From Spirochaetia bacterium (GTDB lineage: Bacteria > Spirochaetota > Spirochaetia > DSM-16054 > Sediminispirochaetaceae), in NCBI GenBank assembly GCA_034520965.1, contig JAXHMY010000007.1, positions 1 to 64,000 on the forward strand: a stretch of DNA of 64,000 nt, given 5' to 3'. The number at the start of each line of letters is the position of its first letter. Within the stretch, counting starts at the first letter, position 1. Positions 20,283-30,270 of this stretch are shown here, one piece after another. Made by a program: the position numbers and the translations under genes. Under the pieces are notes generated by a model. The model was not told the origin of the DNA and made no database searches. It saw nothing but the letters and a program-made list of their open reading frames with translations.

Positions 20283-22796
20283 TTAAGTTGTAATTTCTAT
20301 TGGGGTGCTAATTCCAATTTTGTTAGCAACCGTAGTATAAATATCTACTGTCTCTTCAGGAGTGCGTATCGATACAATCAATGAGTATCTCGTTTGCTTG
20401 TCCCATTTTTCAAGATAAGCACGTTCCTTCCACCAGCCTGTTCTGGGGAATACGGCTATGATATTTGAATTGGCTAATTCGGAAGCTGTTCCATGCCAGA
20501 TGTCTGAGTGAATTGATCCACGGTTCCGTAACTTGACTCCAAGCTCCCAGTGATCGGAAGCACTTGCTGTTCCGGGTGATTCTTCTCCCTCTTCTCGAGA
20601 AGCAAGGTTGATTCTTTTGAGAAAGTCATCTCTGTTTTCTGTTGGGGATTTTATATCAAATCTAAGGCTATGACTTGGATACCTATATCGATCTTTCCAG
20701 CCAATTTCTCCGGGTCCGGGTTCGATAAAATAGGATAATGTAATACGCATGCTTACTTCGGTTTCATCTGGTAGTTCCTGAAGAACTTCAACAGGCCAGG
20801 GTAGATCGTAAAGATGGAGGTCCTTCATGGTTAGATTGTTATTTTCGTTTTTATAAAATGGCTGAAGTTCATTCTGTGCAATTAGTGTAAGCGAATTAGA
20901 GGCACTATAGAGTGCTCGTCTTATATCGGGTACACCATAACCACAGGCAGATAGTAGCTGTTCATTTCCTCCCTTTACATCAGAAGATCGGAACTGTTGA
21001 ATCAACATATCGGTCCATTCGGCAGAATGAATAATCAATCCTCGTATTGTTTCGGGCCAATATTCTGGATATCGATCGGCAATCTGTGCTGCCATCCAAG
21101 CTATCTGTGCTGCAGCAGCACTTGTCATATTAAAAGGTTGAAAGTGGGCTTCTGTAGGTTTGTAGTGTGTGGATAGAATAGAAAGTTCATCGGCTTCGGT
21201 AACGAAGTTGGTGTCATCTTTGGCCAGATTTCCCCCTTCCATTACAACGTCCGGTTTAACAGGCCATTTTTTTCTTTCCCATGTAAATGATGTAGTAGTA
21301 AAAGGAGACAAGCCTTGTCTGGGTGCAATTACCGCATATCCGCTTAAGTCAGGGGCATCGATTCGATCTAGTTCTGTATATGCTCCGACTGTGATTGCAT
21401 TCCAGGCCTGGCCAGGGTCATGTATGGAATCTGTGAGCTGTTCATCTGGATAATTATTTATGAGGTGAGTGTCTTTATGGTTGCCTGCGCTGAGAATAAT
21501 TATTCTTCTTTCGTCATTCTCAACCCCAGCGCATAGTTGGTCTATTGCCCCTGACCAGGAAGTGGGTCTTCCTCTATCTCGAGTATCTTCTGCCGATACA
21601 GCCATGCAGATAATCCTGTATTTGTCCGGTTCTTGAATCTCGGCTAAAGATATGCCTTGTGCGGTGATATGGCCCCAGATGTCAGGTGAGTTCGTTTCTG
21701 GGGGTGGTGGAAGAATTTTTACCGACTCTAAACTGTGGTTAATTTCGATGGTGCCTTTACTTTCAAGGGACTGTTCCAAGTCTCCATATGTTACGATGCC
21801 TGCCATGAGGGTCCCATGTTTATTGTGATCATGTGATCCCCAATCGGATATTACTGTTTGACAGTCGTCATCCTTTAAGACAGGTGAGAGTAAAGGATGC
21901 CTATTGTTGATTCCGGTGTCTAATACGCAAATAGATGTGGTAATATCCGTTTTAATTTGAAGCCTACTTAGAAGGTTTTCTACCCATTCAGCTTGTTGTC
22001 GGTTAGGAAGCTCTGTCCAGAACCGTGCAGTACTTTTAGCAGTTCTAAATTCGGCTATTGCGTCCGATAAAGCTACTAATTTATTTAGATCGTCTGCATT
22101 CGCTTTTATAACTTTAACGGCTCGTTCCGGAAACTTTATTGTACCCTCTTTATACTGGATGTGGTTCTCACTCAATAGATTTTCAAATACTTCTATTTCT
22201 GCATCATTATCAGTACTAAGCCAAACTTCACACCACTCTTTTTCTCTTCCTGGAATCAACTGCTTAGTATCTTGCCAGAAAGGCCGCAGCTCGATTGCTG
22301 CTTTTATTTCAGAGATACTATTTATAAGCTTCTGATTTTTGGGTTTATTTGAACGGGAATCAATTTCTGTTGCATATTGTTCTATCTTGTTGAAGAAAGA
22401 CTCTATTTTGTCCTTTTCAACATAGACTGTCGCATAGGTTGTTTTTTCTTCTTCCTCTGTACCTGTAGTCGTATCCAGTTTCGTTTTTGTTTCTTCTCTT
22501 ATATTCAAGAGACGGATTTTTTTGCTGCGCATGTCTTCAAGACTTTTGGTTATTAGATCAAATCCGGGTTCACCCTGAAATTCTAAGTATATGCCTTTTT
22601 TAGTGGCATGGTATACAACTTCTTGATTGTCAGCCTCTTTCCATGCTTCTTGCAGTTTTTGTTTAAGGTATTTACTATGAGTATCTCGGTTTCTTGTTAG
22701 AATTTGTGGAGGCCTACCATACTGTTGCAAGCTTCGGTAAGGATGAACATCAGGGGGATTTTGTAGAACTATATGTGGATACCAGTTTAACGGCAT
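20283..22796 (-). CDS. ietS: S8 subtilisin-like peptidase (IetS-type)
   Basis: VLDTG (Asp), HGTLMAG (His), SAGN oxyanion motif, MTSAAAA (Ser), GYGVPD; directly downstream of an AAA ATPase. Confidence 0.85.
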   Translation of the reverse strand: MPLNWYPHIVLQNPPDVHPYRSLQQYGRPPQILTRNRDTHSKYLKQKLQEAWKEADNQEVVYHATKKGIYLEFQGEPGFDLITKSLEDMRSKKIRLLNIREETKTKLDTTTGTEEEEKTTYATVYVEKDKIESFFNKIEQYATEIDSRSNKPKNQKLINSISEIKAAIELRPFWQDTKQLIPGREKEWCEVWLSTDNDAEIEVFENLLSENHIQYKEGTIKFPERAVKVIKANADDLNKLVALSDAIAEFRTAKSTARFWTELPNRQQAEWVENLLSRLQIKTDITTSICVLDTGINNRHPLLSPVLKDDDCQTVISDWGSHDHNKHGTLMAGIVTYGDLEQSLESKGTIEINHSLESVKILPPPPETNSPDIWGHITAQGISLAEIQEPDKYRIICMAVSAEDTRDRGRPTSWSGAIDQLCAGVENDERRIIILSAGNHKDTHLINNYPDEQLTDSIHDPGQAWNAITVGAYTELDRIDAPDLSGYAVIAPRQGLSPFTTTSFTWERKKWPVKPDVVMEGGNLAKDDTNFVTEADELSILSTHYKPTEAHFQPFNMTSAAAAQIAWMAAQIADRYPEYWPETIRGLIIHSAEWTDMLIQQFRSSDVKGGNEQLLSACGYGVPDIRRALYSASNSLTLIAQNELQPFYKNENNNLTMKDLHLYDLPWPVEVLQELPDETEVSMRITLSYFIEPGPGEIGWKDRYRYPSHSLRFDIKSPTENRDDFLKRINLASREEGEESPGTASASDHWELGVKLRNRGSIHSDIWHGTASELANSNIIAVFPRTGWWKERAYLEKWDKQTRYSLIVSIRTPEETVDIYTTVANKIGISTPIEITT

Positions 22797-22805
22797 AATT
22801 CCTTT

Positions 22806-23771
22806 TTATTCTTGGATTTTATAATATAGCTTTCTTTCTTTAATGGTGGTGAGTAGTTGCTGGTCAGTAGCTTTATCCTTATCGCCTAAAATATTTTCTT
22901 TTATAACATCGGTACATGCTCCAACGATATCGGCATGGCTAAGTCCTTCGGTCTCTGATAAAACAGTATTCCAGGATAGTGAGTTTGGAATAAACGTGCC
23001 GAGTATATTTTTCATAAGCTTTTTACTCAATTCTCTGTCAGGCTTATCATAATGCAGAATGTCATCAAAGCGTCTAAACAGAGCTTGATCTAGAAGCTTT
23101 GGATTATTAGTAGCAGATACAATCACACTGTTAGATTGATCTTGCTCTATGAATTGAAGGAAGGAATTCAAGACTCTTCTCATCTCACCGACATCATTGT
23201 CGAAGGATCGCTCTCCCCCTATTGCATCAAACTCATCAAAGAGATACACCGCCGTTTCTTGATTTATAAGGTTGAAGATTTGCCTTAGCTTTGCACTTGT
23301 TTCTCCCATATATTTTGTGACTAGTTTATCGACTTGAATAACTCCTAGAGGGATATCGAGCTTGTTGGATAAAACCTGGGCTGTCATGGTTTTTCCGGTA
23401 CCGGGTGGCCCAACCAACAGAAGTTTTCTTCTATGAGAAAGTCCGTAACTTTTCAATTTGTTTTGTTGCTGAAACTCTCTAATCACACGGTCTATGCGAT
23501 TTTGGAGCTGTCTTGGAATAACTAAGGCCGTTTTGGGAGTATCCGGATAGCGGACATCTACAAGTTCATTTAACTCCTTTGGAAAGCTGAGAATCCTGTT
23601 GTCGACTTTTTGTCTTTGATTGTTTACAAGCTCACGTATGTTATGTGCAAGGTCTCGATGGCCTTTTTTTGATTCGTGCGCCGCAACTTGTAAGGCTACA
23701 GTGTAGAACTGTTGCGAATCGTCGTTTAGATGAGATTTGATCAGAGATTTAATTTGTTCTGCAGTTGCCAC
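22806..23771 (-). CDS. ietA: AAA+ ATPase (IetA-type)
   Basis: GPPGTGKT, LFDEFDAIG, ATN...LDQALFRRFD; N-terminus MATAEQIKSLIKSH. Confidence 0.87.
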   Translation of the reverse strand: MATAEQIKSLIKSHLNDDSQQFYTVALQVAAHESKKGHRDLAHNIRELVNNQRQKVDNRILSFPKELNELVDVRYPDTPKTALVIPRQLQNRIDRVIREFQQQNKLKSYGLSHRRKLLLVGPPGTGKTMTAQVLSNKLDIPLGVIQVDKLVTKYMGETSAKLRQIFNLINQETAVYLFDEFDAIGGERSFDNDVGEMRRVLNSFLQFIEQDQSNSVIVSATNNPKLLDQALFRRFDDILHYDKPDRELSKKLMKNILGTFIPNSLSWNTVLSETEGLSHADIVGACTDVIKENILGDKDKATDQQLLTTIKERKLYYKIQE

Positions 23772-23914
23772 AATGTATACCTTGTAATAAGTCGATGATC
23801 TCTTTTCTGTAGTTTCATGCTGATTTTAGAAATTGTCAACTATAAGATAATGGATATTAGTAGATGGGCTATATTTAGTAAATAGAGTAATTAGATATAT
23901 AGATCCCTGTTTTA

Positions 23915-23974
23915 TGAGTAGCTGTGAGTACTTTATGAGTACACCCAGATATATAACATCTTCTAAATGAGTAC
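23915..23974. repeat. 60-bp element with four GAGTA boxes, copy 1
   Basis: 47/60 ungapped identity to 30134-30193, with the GAGTA boxes conserved in position. Confidence 0.75.
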
Positions 23975-23984
23975 GGTTGGGAAG

Positions 23985-24215
23985 TTACTGATGCTGTCGC
24001 AGGTACTCTTTTACAATGAACCGTATACCTGCTGATACGGATAGACCACGGGTTGCAAAGTGAGCTTTCAGCTTTTCCCAGTCTGAGTCTGCCATTCTAA
24101 TGTTTCTGATCTTCAGCCTTGTATCCTTAGATTTTGTAAGTAGTCCTGCTTTCTCCACCTGGGTTTCTATTGAGTGGTTAAGGCTGTCTCTGGATGAAGA
24201 TCTCTTCAGTGCCAT
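23985..24215 (-). CDS. Small ribbon-helix-helix-like protein (ParG-type partner)
   Basis: 76 aa; RNIRMADSDWEKLK...GLSVSAGIRFIV pattern; coupled to parA. Confidence 0.6.
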   Translation of the reverse strand: MALKRSSSRDSLNHSIETQVEKAGLLTKSKDTRLKIRNIRMADSDWEKLKAHFATRGLSVSAGIRFIVKEYLRQHQ

Positions 24216-24955
24216 TATTCATCCGCTATAGTTGTTGCTATACGTTTAAGCTCGGGTAAGGCTCTGATGCTCTTGTCGTACTCGCAGAGTGGCTGGTGGT
24301 GGATCTGGCTTTCTGCAAGATGGGTGTCCTGTGGAATAAGGAAAAGCTCATAATCAAGACGTTTGAGTGCCTGGATGAAGTCCATATGCCTACGGAAGGA
24401 TTTGTTCACTAAATTGTAGGCTATCTTGTTAAACCGTACATTCCGTCGGAAGTTACGGTTCAGTTTCTGAAGTTCATTGTTGAATATGGTAATACCGTCT
24501 ACGGAGAAGTACTCCGGTGTAAGGGGTACGATGACCTCATCCATCGCCAGTAGTACCGATTTTTCTAATCTGGACATACCGGGTGAAGGATCATAGATGA
24601 CAGTCTCGTAGCCAAGAGTATTGAGTTCTTCTCCGAGTTCTTCGAAGATAAAGGGTTCATCGTTTAGACGGGTCTCTGCGTATTGCTTCAATACACCGTC
24701 CAGGGAGAAGGTGGGGAGGATACTGAGGTTTTCAGTAATTCCAATGAGTGCTTCCGGTACTTCTACACTGCCTTGCAGGACATCGGTCAGTTCATGAGTA
24801 GGAGCTTCTGTGAGGAACCAGCTTGAGGTATTACCCTGAGGATCACAGTCTATGATTGCTACTTTCTGAATCTCGGACAGGAGCCAGGCTATATTACCTG
24901 ATAGGGTGGTCTTTCCGACTCCTCCTTTCTGTATATGAAATGCTAATTGTTTCAT
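24215..24955 (-). CDS. parA: ParA-family ATPase
   Basis: Deviant Walker A QKGGVGKTT and IDCDPQGN; no N-terminal HTH (type Ib-like). Confidence 0.9.
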   Translation of the reverse strand: MKQLAFHIQKGGVGKTTLSGNIAWLLSEIQKVAIIDCDPQGNTSSWFLTEAPTHELTDVLQGSVEVPEALIGITENLSILPTFSLDGVLKQYAETRLNDEPFIFEELGEELNTLGYETVIYDPSPGMSRLEKSVLLAMDEVIVPLTPEYFSVDGITIFNNELQKLNRNFRRNVRFNKIAYNLVNKSFRRHMDFIQALKRLDYELFLIPQDTHLAESQIHHQPLCEYDKSIRALPELKRIATTIADE

Positions 24956-24966
24956 CTATAACCTCC

Positions 24967-25051
24967 GTAATGCGGATGTAATGCGCTTGTACCTCGAAGG
25001 TACGGCGTTTGTAGGTATTTAGTAGTGCGGAACGCATTACGGGTGCATTGC
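24967..25051. promoter_or_regulatory. Repeated GTAATGCG boxes upstream of parA (putative centromere/operator)
   Basis: GTAATGCG at 24967 and 24978; GTAGTGCG at 25022; inverted CGCATTAC at 25033 and TGCATTGC at 25044; 11-bp spacing within each group. Confidence 0.6.
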
Positions 25052-25215
25052 ATACCTGGAAAATTTTTGATTGCTCCAGAAATAGATATGAAATACCATT
25101 AGAAGTGGAGGGTTATACTTTTCTGTGAATATATCACCTCATATGTTAGGATATTGTAGTAATATAATTATGCCTTTGGACGTATAACCGATTTTTTGTA
25201 TAAGAGGTAAGCAAA

Positions 25216-26368
25216 ATGGAAAAAGTAAATGGCTTTTTTGAAGAACAAAAAGAGCAATCTATGGTTAAGTCGAAAATTGTAGCGAAGTATTTTGATGCAT
25301 GGGCACAAGTAATTATTGGTACACAGAAAAGATACACACAATACACACAAAAACTTGCCTATATCGACCTGTTTGCTGGACCCGGCAGATATAAAGACGG
25401 CACAATGTCTACTCCTGTCGAGATATTAGAAAAAGCAATTCAGAATCCTGATTTAAGAGAAAGACTCATCACCATTTTTAATGATAAAGATGAAAGAAGT
25501 ACAAAGGACCTTGAAGAAGCTGTAATGAGTATTCCTGGAATAAGCTCTTTAAGATATAGCCCTCAAATTATGAATGATGAAGTAGGAGAGGAGATTGTAA
25601 AGATGTTTGAGAGTATGTCTTTGATCCCTACTTTATTTTTTGTTGACCCATGGGGATATAAGGGGTTATCGCTTAGGCTTGTGAACTCCGTATTGAAGGA
25701 TTGGGGGAGTGATTCAATATTCTTTTTCAATTACAATAGAATAAACATGGGAATCAATAACGATGCAGTTAAAAATCATATGGAGGCATTATTTGGAAGA
25801 GATCGATATCAGTATCTGCGTGAAAGGATTCAGGATAAACGGCCTCATCAAAGAGAACAGATTATCGTCGAGGAACTGTGTCAAGCATTAAAGGAAAGTG
25901 GAATTGAGTTTGTCTTACCATTTAGATTTAAGGACGATAGAGGCGGTAGAACAAGCCACCATCTAATTTTCGCAAGTAAACACTTCAAGGGTTATGAGAT
26001 TATGAAGGATATCATGGCTCGTGAAAGCAGCAACAAAACACAGGAAGTTCCGTCGTTCGAATATAACCCTGCAGATGCTTTACCGAAGCAGTCTCTTTTA
26101 TTTCAGCTTTCAAGACCTCTAGATGAATTAAGAGACGAGTTGCTCACAAGCTTTTAAAGGAAGAAAACTCCCTATGCATAAAATATATGAAGAGCACAAT
26201 GTCGATACACCGTATATTAAGCAGAATTACAAAAAAGTCTTACGAGATCTGTATGATGAAAAGATTATAGGTGCAGTTACAGAGAAGGGAAAAGCTCCTC
26301 GCAAGGGTAGTTTCGGTGATAAAACAATCGTTAGTTTCCAGACTAGGAGAAAGAATGGCAACAAGTAA
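25216..26368 (+). CDS. tcmP: Three-Cys-motif partner protein TcmP (methyltransferase-like), frameshifted near 26155
   Basis: [17 protein letters not shown]; adjacent to DUF5131; C-terminal part in ORF 26174..26368. Confidence 0.82.
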
Positions 26369-27081
26369 AATAGAGTGGACGGAATCAACTTGGAACCCTG
26401 TTACTGGGTGTACGAAAATAAGTTCTGGTTGTAAAAACTGCTATGCGGAAAGAATGGCCTTAAGACTCCAAAAGATGGGTAACAAGAATTATCGTAATGG
26501 ATTTGAAGTTACTACTCATGAACATGTACCTAGAATATCCATTAAATTGGAAGAAACCTCAGACTATTTTTGTTAATTCGATGAGTGATTTGTTTCATGA
26601 AAGAATTCCTGATGATTTTATTATGAAAGTTTTCGAAGTCATGCAACAGGCCTATTGGCATCGTTTCCAGATACTTACAAAACGTTCCGGAAGATTAAAA
26701 AGACTATCTTCAAAACTTAATTGGGCAAACAATATATGGGTTGGTGTTAGTGTAGAAAATTCAGACGTACAATATCGTATTGATGATCTCCGACATGTAC
26801 CAGCAGTATTGCGGTTTCTTTCAATAGAACCACTCATCGGACCCCTCGAATCAGTTTCATTATCTAATATTGACTGGGTCATAGTTGGGGGAGAATCAGG
26901 GCCAAAAGCACGACCAATGCTTGAAGAATGGGTGTTAGATCTTAAAGACCAGTGTAAAATCCAAAATGTGCCATTTTTCTTCAAACAGTGGGGTGGTGTA
27001 AATAAGAAAAAGACTGGAAGATTGCTGCAGGGTAAAACTTGGGATGAAATGCCAATATCTAATCAATTGATAAGCGTATAA
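26355..27081 (+). CDS. DUF5131 (phage Gp37/Gp68-like) protein, frameshifted near 26530
   Basis: [53 protein letters not shown]. Confidence 0.9.
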
Positions 27082-27094
27082 TTGTAATTATATT

Positions 27095-27440
27095 TTGGCG
27101 ATTTACTCAACCCACATAAGAGCTGTGCTCGACTATCCCCAATTATTTGAAACCGATAGAGAGAGTCTGTTAGAAGAATACAGAAAACACCAGGAGAAGA
27201 TAGGTTTTGAAGGGAAGGCACGGAGAGGGATTATTGAGAGTCTTATCGGTAAAGGATGGGTACGAATTCGCCACTACCGGGGGAAAGGGGACTATTGGAG
27301 TCTCCAGTATGACAGTGAAAAATTGTCTGCCGAAGTGCTGGAATGCCTACTACCCTTTATGCGTGAAAATCAGATTATAAAAACTGAGGATGTAGTAAAG
27401 TTAAACGGAGCCGTGTTGAAAAGCACAAATCGCTATGTGG
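27095..27440 (+). pseudogene. Fragment of a hypothetical protein
   Basis: Protein-like stretch (THI...GFEGKARR.II..L...GWVRIR) without a good start; runs into the convergent gene. Confidence 0.4.
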
Positions 27441-28113
27441 TATTTGAATATAATCTTTTCAAGTCTCTTCCGTTCTTAATTGAAAACCCATTAAGGATTC
27501 CATCAAGGACTTTATACATTCTGAAGGTATCTTCTCTCAAATCTGAGTTCTCTCGAGCTTTTGCCTCACGTAGTTTATTGGTCCGTTCAATGCTTTCCTT
27601 ATACAACTCGAGCACTGTATCTTTATCTACTCCATTCACCTCTTCTTTTGTTTTTGATATTTGATCATAGTACACCTTAATAATGTCTGCCAAACTTACA
27701 TTCGTGTGAAGCCCTATTCGAATGAGTATCCCAGCAAAAAGACAAATACGAAGGTCTTTTGAGAGCATTGTACGGATACCTTCTGGCGGTATGAGAATAT
27801 TAATAATAATGGGAAGAAGCTCTTCAATCTTATTGTTATACAATCCCTTCTTCTCGAGATATGAATCTATGTTATTTACATAATTTTCGATTTTGAACTC
27901 GACAAGTACTTCTGAGTGAGAAGCAACACTATGAGTAATGTCTTTCTCGTACTTTTGGTGCTCTATGATTAGCTCTGCTTGTTGACGAAGAAATGATAAA
28001 AAAGAACTTTTGCTGTCAATGGAATGTTCTCTCTCATTAGTAGTTTTTTCACCGGTATAATGTGATGTATCGAAACCCTTCCACCAATCTTTTATTGACT
28101 TTGATACTTTCAT
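27433..28113 (-). CDS. Hypothetical protein
   Basis: About 226-aa ORF with AGGAGAG RBS before MKVSKS. Confidence 0.6.
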   Translation of the reverse strand: MKVSKSIKDWWKGFDTSHYTGEKTTNEREHSIDSKSSFLSFLRQQAELIIEHQKYEKDITHSVASHSEVLVEFKIENYVNNIDSYLEKKGLYNNKIEELLPIIINILIPPEGIRTMLSKDLRICLFAGILIRIGLHTNVSLADIIKVYYDQISKTKEEVNGVDKDTVLELYKESIERTNKLREAKARENSDLREDTFRMYKVLDGILNGFSIKNGRDLKRLYSNTT

Positions 28114-28217
28114 TTTATCTCTCCTAAACAATGATGCGATTATATACTAATCCTATTGCATTAATTTCTGTGTATCAATAAAAAAAATCGCCCATAAACC
28201 TCTCTTGGCGGGGAACA

Positions 28218-28343
28218 TTAGATACTCCAATCCTCTATTCTCAATCCTTCGATACCGCTAAATTCCTTTACATTGTTAGTAATGAATATCATCTCTTTAT
28301 TAAGTGCCTGTGCTGCTAACAACAAATCTATTGGTCCGATAAT
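28218..28343 (-). pseudogene. vapC: C-terminal fragment of a VapC/PIN toxin
   Basis: Manual translation IIGPIDLLLAAQALNKEMIFITNNVKEFSGIEGLRIEDWSI*; not in the ORF track. Confidence 0.8.
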
Positions 28344-28352
28344 CGTAAGTTC

Positions 28353-29264
28353 TTAGCTCGGGCCTGAACTCTCTTTTCCTTTGAATTCTTTGATAGACCA
28401 GACTTCGAAAATGCCTGCCAGCAGTACCAGCGCACCGCCTAAAATTTCGAGTCCTACCATATGTTCGTGGGCAATGAGTGCGGCTGAGATGGCTCCCACA
28501 AGCACCTCGGTCATCAAGAGAATACCCACCCGTGCGGGTTCCAGGCGCCGCGTGGCCCACATCAGGCTTGCAGTGGAAAACGCCCACCAGATACCTCCCG
28601 TAACGATTGCCCAGCCGAAAATCTTTCCGATACTTTCGAAGGCAATATGGGAAGGCCAGGGCTCTAGAAAAGGTGCGAGTACGAGCGCTCCAACGCTTGC
28701 CCCTGCTGCAAAGACAAAGGCGGCCTCGACGGGTCCCAGATTCGACCGGCTTCGCATCCCGGTCGTTGCTATCGACCAGAGAATGCCCGAGATCAATCCC
28801 AACCATTCTCCGGTAGTCTGGGGTATAGGGATTTGACCATCGGCTCCGAGCATCACAGCGAGACCTGCGAAGCCGATCGCAATGGCCGCCAGGCGAAGGC
28901 GTGTCGTCTTCCACCCCATGATATAGCGACCGATAAGCGTACTCCAGACCGGTGTCAGGAAGAATAGCAGGATGACGATCGCAACGCGCCCGTAGGCAAA
29001 GCTCACCGAGTAGAACATAAAGGCGGTCCCTCCGAGGGCGACCGAGACACTCCCCACAGGGTCGGCACCGAACAGCTGTCGACGCCGCCGAATCACCAGC
29101 GGAGTCAGCAGAAGCGTTGCAGCTGCGACGATTGCCAGAGTACTCCAGGCGCCCGGCAGGGCGATCTCAGCAAGCCGACGCACGGGCAGCCAATAAAAGC
29201 CCCAGAGGGCGCCGGTAGAAATGACAATAATCGTGGCGAGGGTCGCAACTCGTTTGTTGGGCAT
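28353..29264 (-). CDS. DMT/EamA-family transporter
   Basis: Hydrophobic 10-TM pattern from MPNKRVATL (GALWGFYWLP, LFFLTPVWS, LEPARVGILLMTEV). Confidence 0.85.
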   Translation of the reverse strand: MPNKRVATLATIIVISTGALWGFYWLPVRRLAEIALPGAWSTLAIVAAATLLLTPLVIRRRRQLFGADPVGSVSVALGGTAFMFYSVSFAYGRVAIVILLFFLTPVWSTLIGRYIMGWKTTRLRLAAIAIGFAGLAVMLGADGQIPIPQTTGEWLGLISGILWSIATTGMRSRSNLGPVEAAFVFAAGASVGALVLAPFLEPWPSHIAFESIGKIFGWAIVTGGIWWAFSTASLMWATRRLEPARVGILLMTEVLVGAISAALIAHEHMVGLEILGGALVLLAGIFEVWSIKEFKGKESSGPS

Positions 29265-29268
29265 ATAA

Positions 29269-29723
29269 TTACCCCTCTGCATTTTCGACGAGGGCTTCGA
29301 TGTCGGCAAGGTCCTTATACCTGCGGTTGCTCTCTTATTACGTAGGAGTTCCTTTTTCCCGAGAAAATTGACCGGTACTTGTCCGTATGAGCCTCGCACC
29401 ATGCCTTCCTCGGCGGATTGCCAATCTACACCGCTAAGAGAAGTAATAAAGTCGACCCTTACCGGCTGCACACCTAGTTGCACAACCATATTCGGTACGG
29501 AAAAATCTTTTGCGCAGACCTCGAGATCACCGAATCCGAAGTCATCGAGGGCCTGCATAATATTCTGTGCATTTTTCTTTTCGGGTTTTACGAACACATC
29601 GATATCTCCTGTATATCTGGGTGCTCCGTGGAAGGCGAGGGCGTATCCGCCGACGACGATGTACTTTACGTTATTTCTGTTCAATAATTCGAACAGTTCT
29701 GCAAAGTCTTCCTGTATCTCCAT
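29269..29723 (-). CDS. Nucleotidyltransferase (putative TA component), frameshift near 3' end
   Basis: VVGGYALAFHGAPRYTGDID; adding one base gives the family-typical end KRATGRYKDLADIEAL...* at 29269. Confidence 0.8.
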
Positions 29724-29853
29724 GGTACCGCCTTCTCAATGTCTCTACCGCAGAAATTCGTTCCTTCGCTGTGCGGCTCAACCAGTAGTCGCTGTCTCTC
29801 GAATCGTCCTGATTTTTATGTATCCTACCTTTGTGTACAACCTTCTCTATCAT
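29671..29853 (-). CDS. Small partner protein of the nucleotidyltransferase
   Basis: 60 aa; YWLSRTAKERISAVETLR motif; overlaps the NTase start. Confidence 0.65.
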   Translation of the reverse strand: MIEKVVHKGRIHKNQDDSRDSDYWLSRTAKERISAVETLRRRYHGDTGRLCRTVRIIEQK

Positions 29854-29949
29854 ATTCTATCTCCACTAATATTATACACGAAAGGGATTATAGTGTCTTG
29901 TGAGTTTTGAATCAGAGACTATGGCCTGGAAAACTCTACTTTTCTCTCG

Positions 29950-30079
29950 TGTGTGCAAAAACGGCGGTTTTCATGTTGTCGTAGAGTATCTCTCTGGGCA
30001 CAGCTCCAAACCAGGCAAAGGCCGCCAAATGTGCCAACAACACCGTCGAGAGTCTCATGTTGGTGGTAAACAGCACGAA
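29950..30079 (-). mobile_element. istA: IS21-family IstA transposase fragment
   Basis: Manual minus-strand translation FVLFTTNMRLSTVLLAHLAAFAWFGAVPREILYDNMKTAV (IstA core motif). Confidence 0.8.
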
Positions 30080-30133
30080 AGGCCTCAGATTGACTGAGAG
30101 TAGGGGCAGAATTTCATAAAAATCTCGATCCTG

Positions 30134-30193
30134 TGAGTAGCTGTGAGTATCATACGAGTACCGACAGGGCTATAAGTTGTTCTAAATGAGTAC
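30134..30193. repeat. 60-bp element with four GAGTA boxes, copy 2
   Basis: 47/60 identity to 23915-23974. Confidence 0.75.
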
Positions 30194-30200
30194 ATGAAGC

Positions 30201-30219
30201 TGTGCCAGGAATCGGCACA
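30201..30219. promoter_or_regulatory. Palindromic box 1 (putative WYL-regulator site)
   Basis: TGTGCC-AGGAATC-GGCACA, 51 bp before ATG 30271. Confidence 0.75.
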
Positions 30220-30270
30220 AATGTGGTGTAGATAGTAGTAGTAATTCATGGGGATGGAGGTGGCGCTGTT

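Noticed and set aside
28353..29723. Apparent 456-aa nucleotidyltransferase-EamA fusion
   Set aside because: One added base restores the usual NTase C-terminus with a stop at 29269, and the transporter has its own ATG at 29264. Most likely an indel artefact.
29900..30097. 65-aa plus-strand ORF
   Set aside because: It is the antisense shadow of the IS21 istA fragment.
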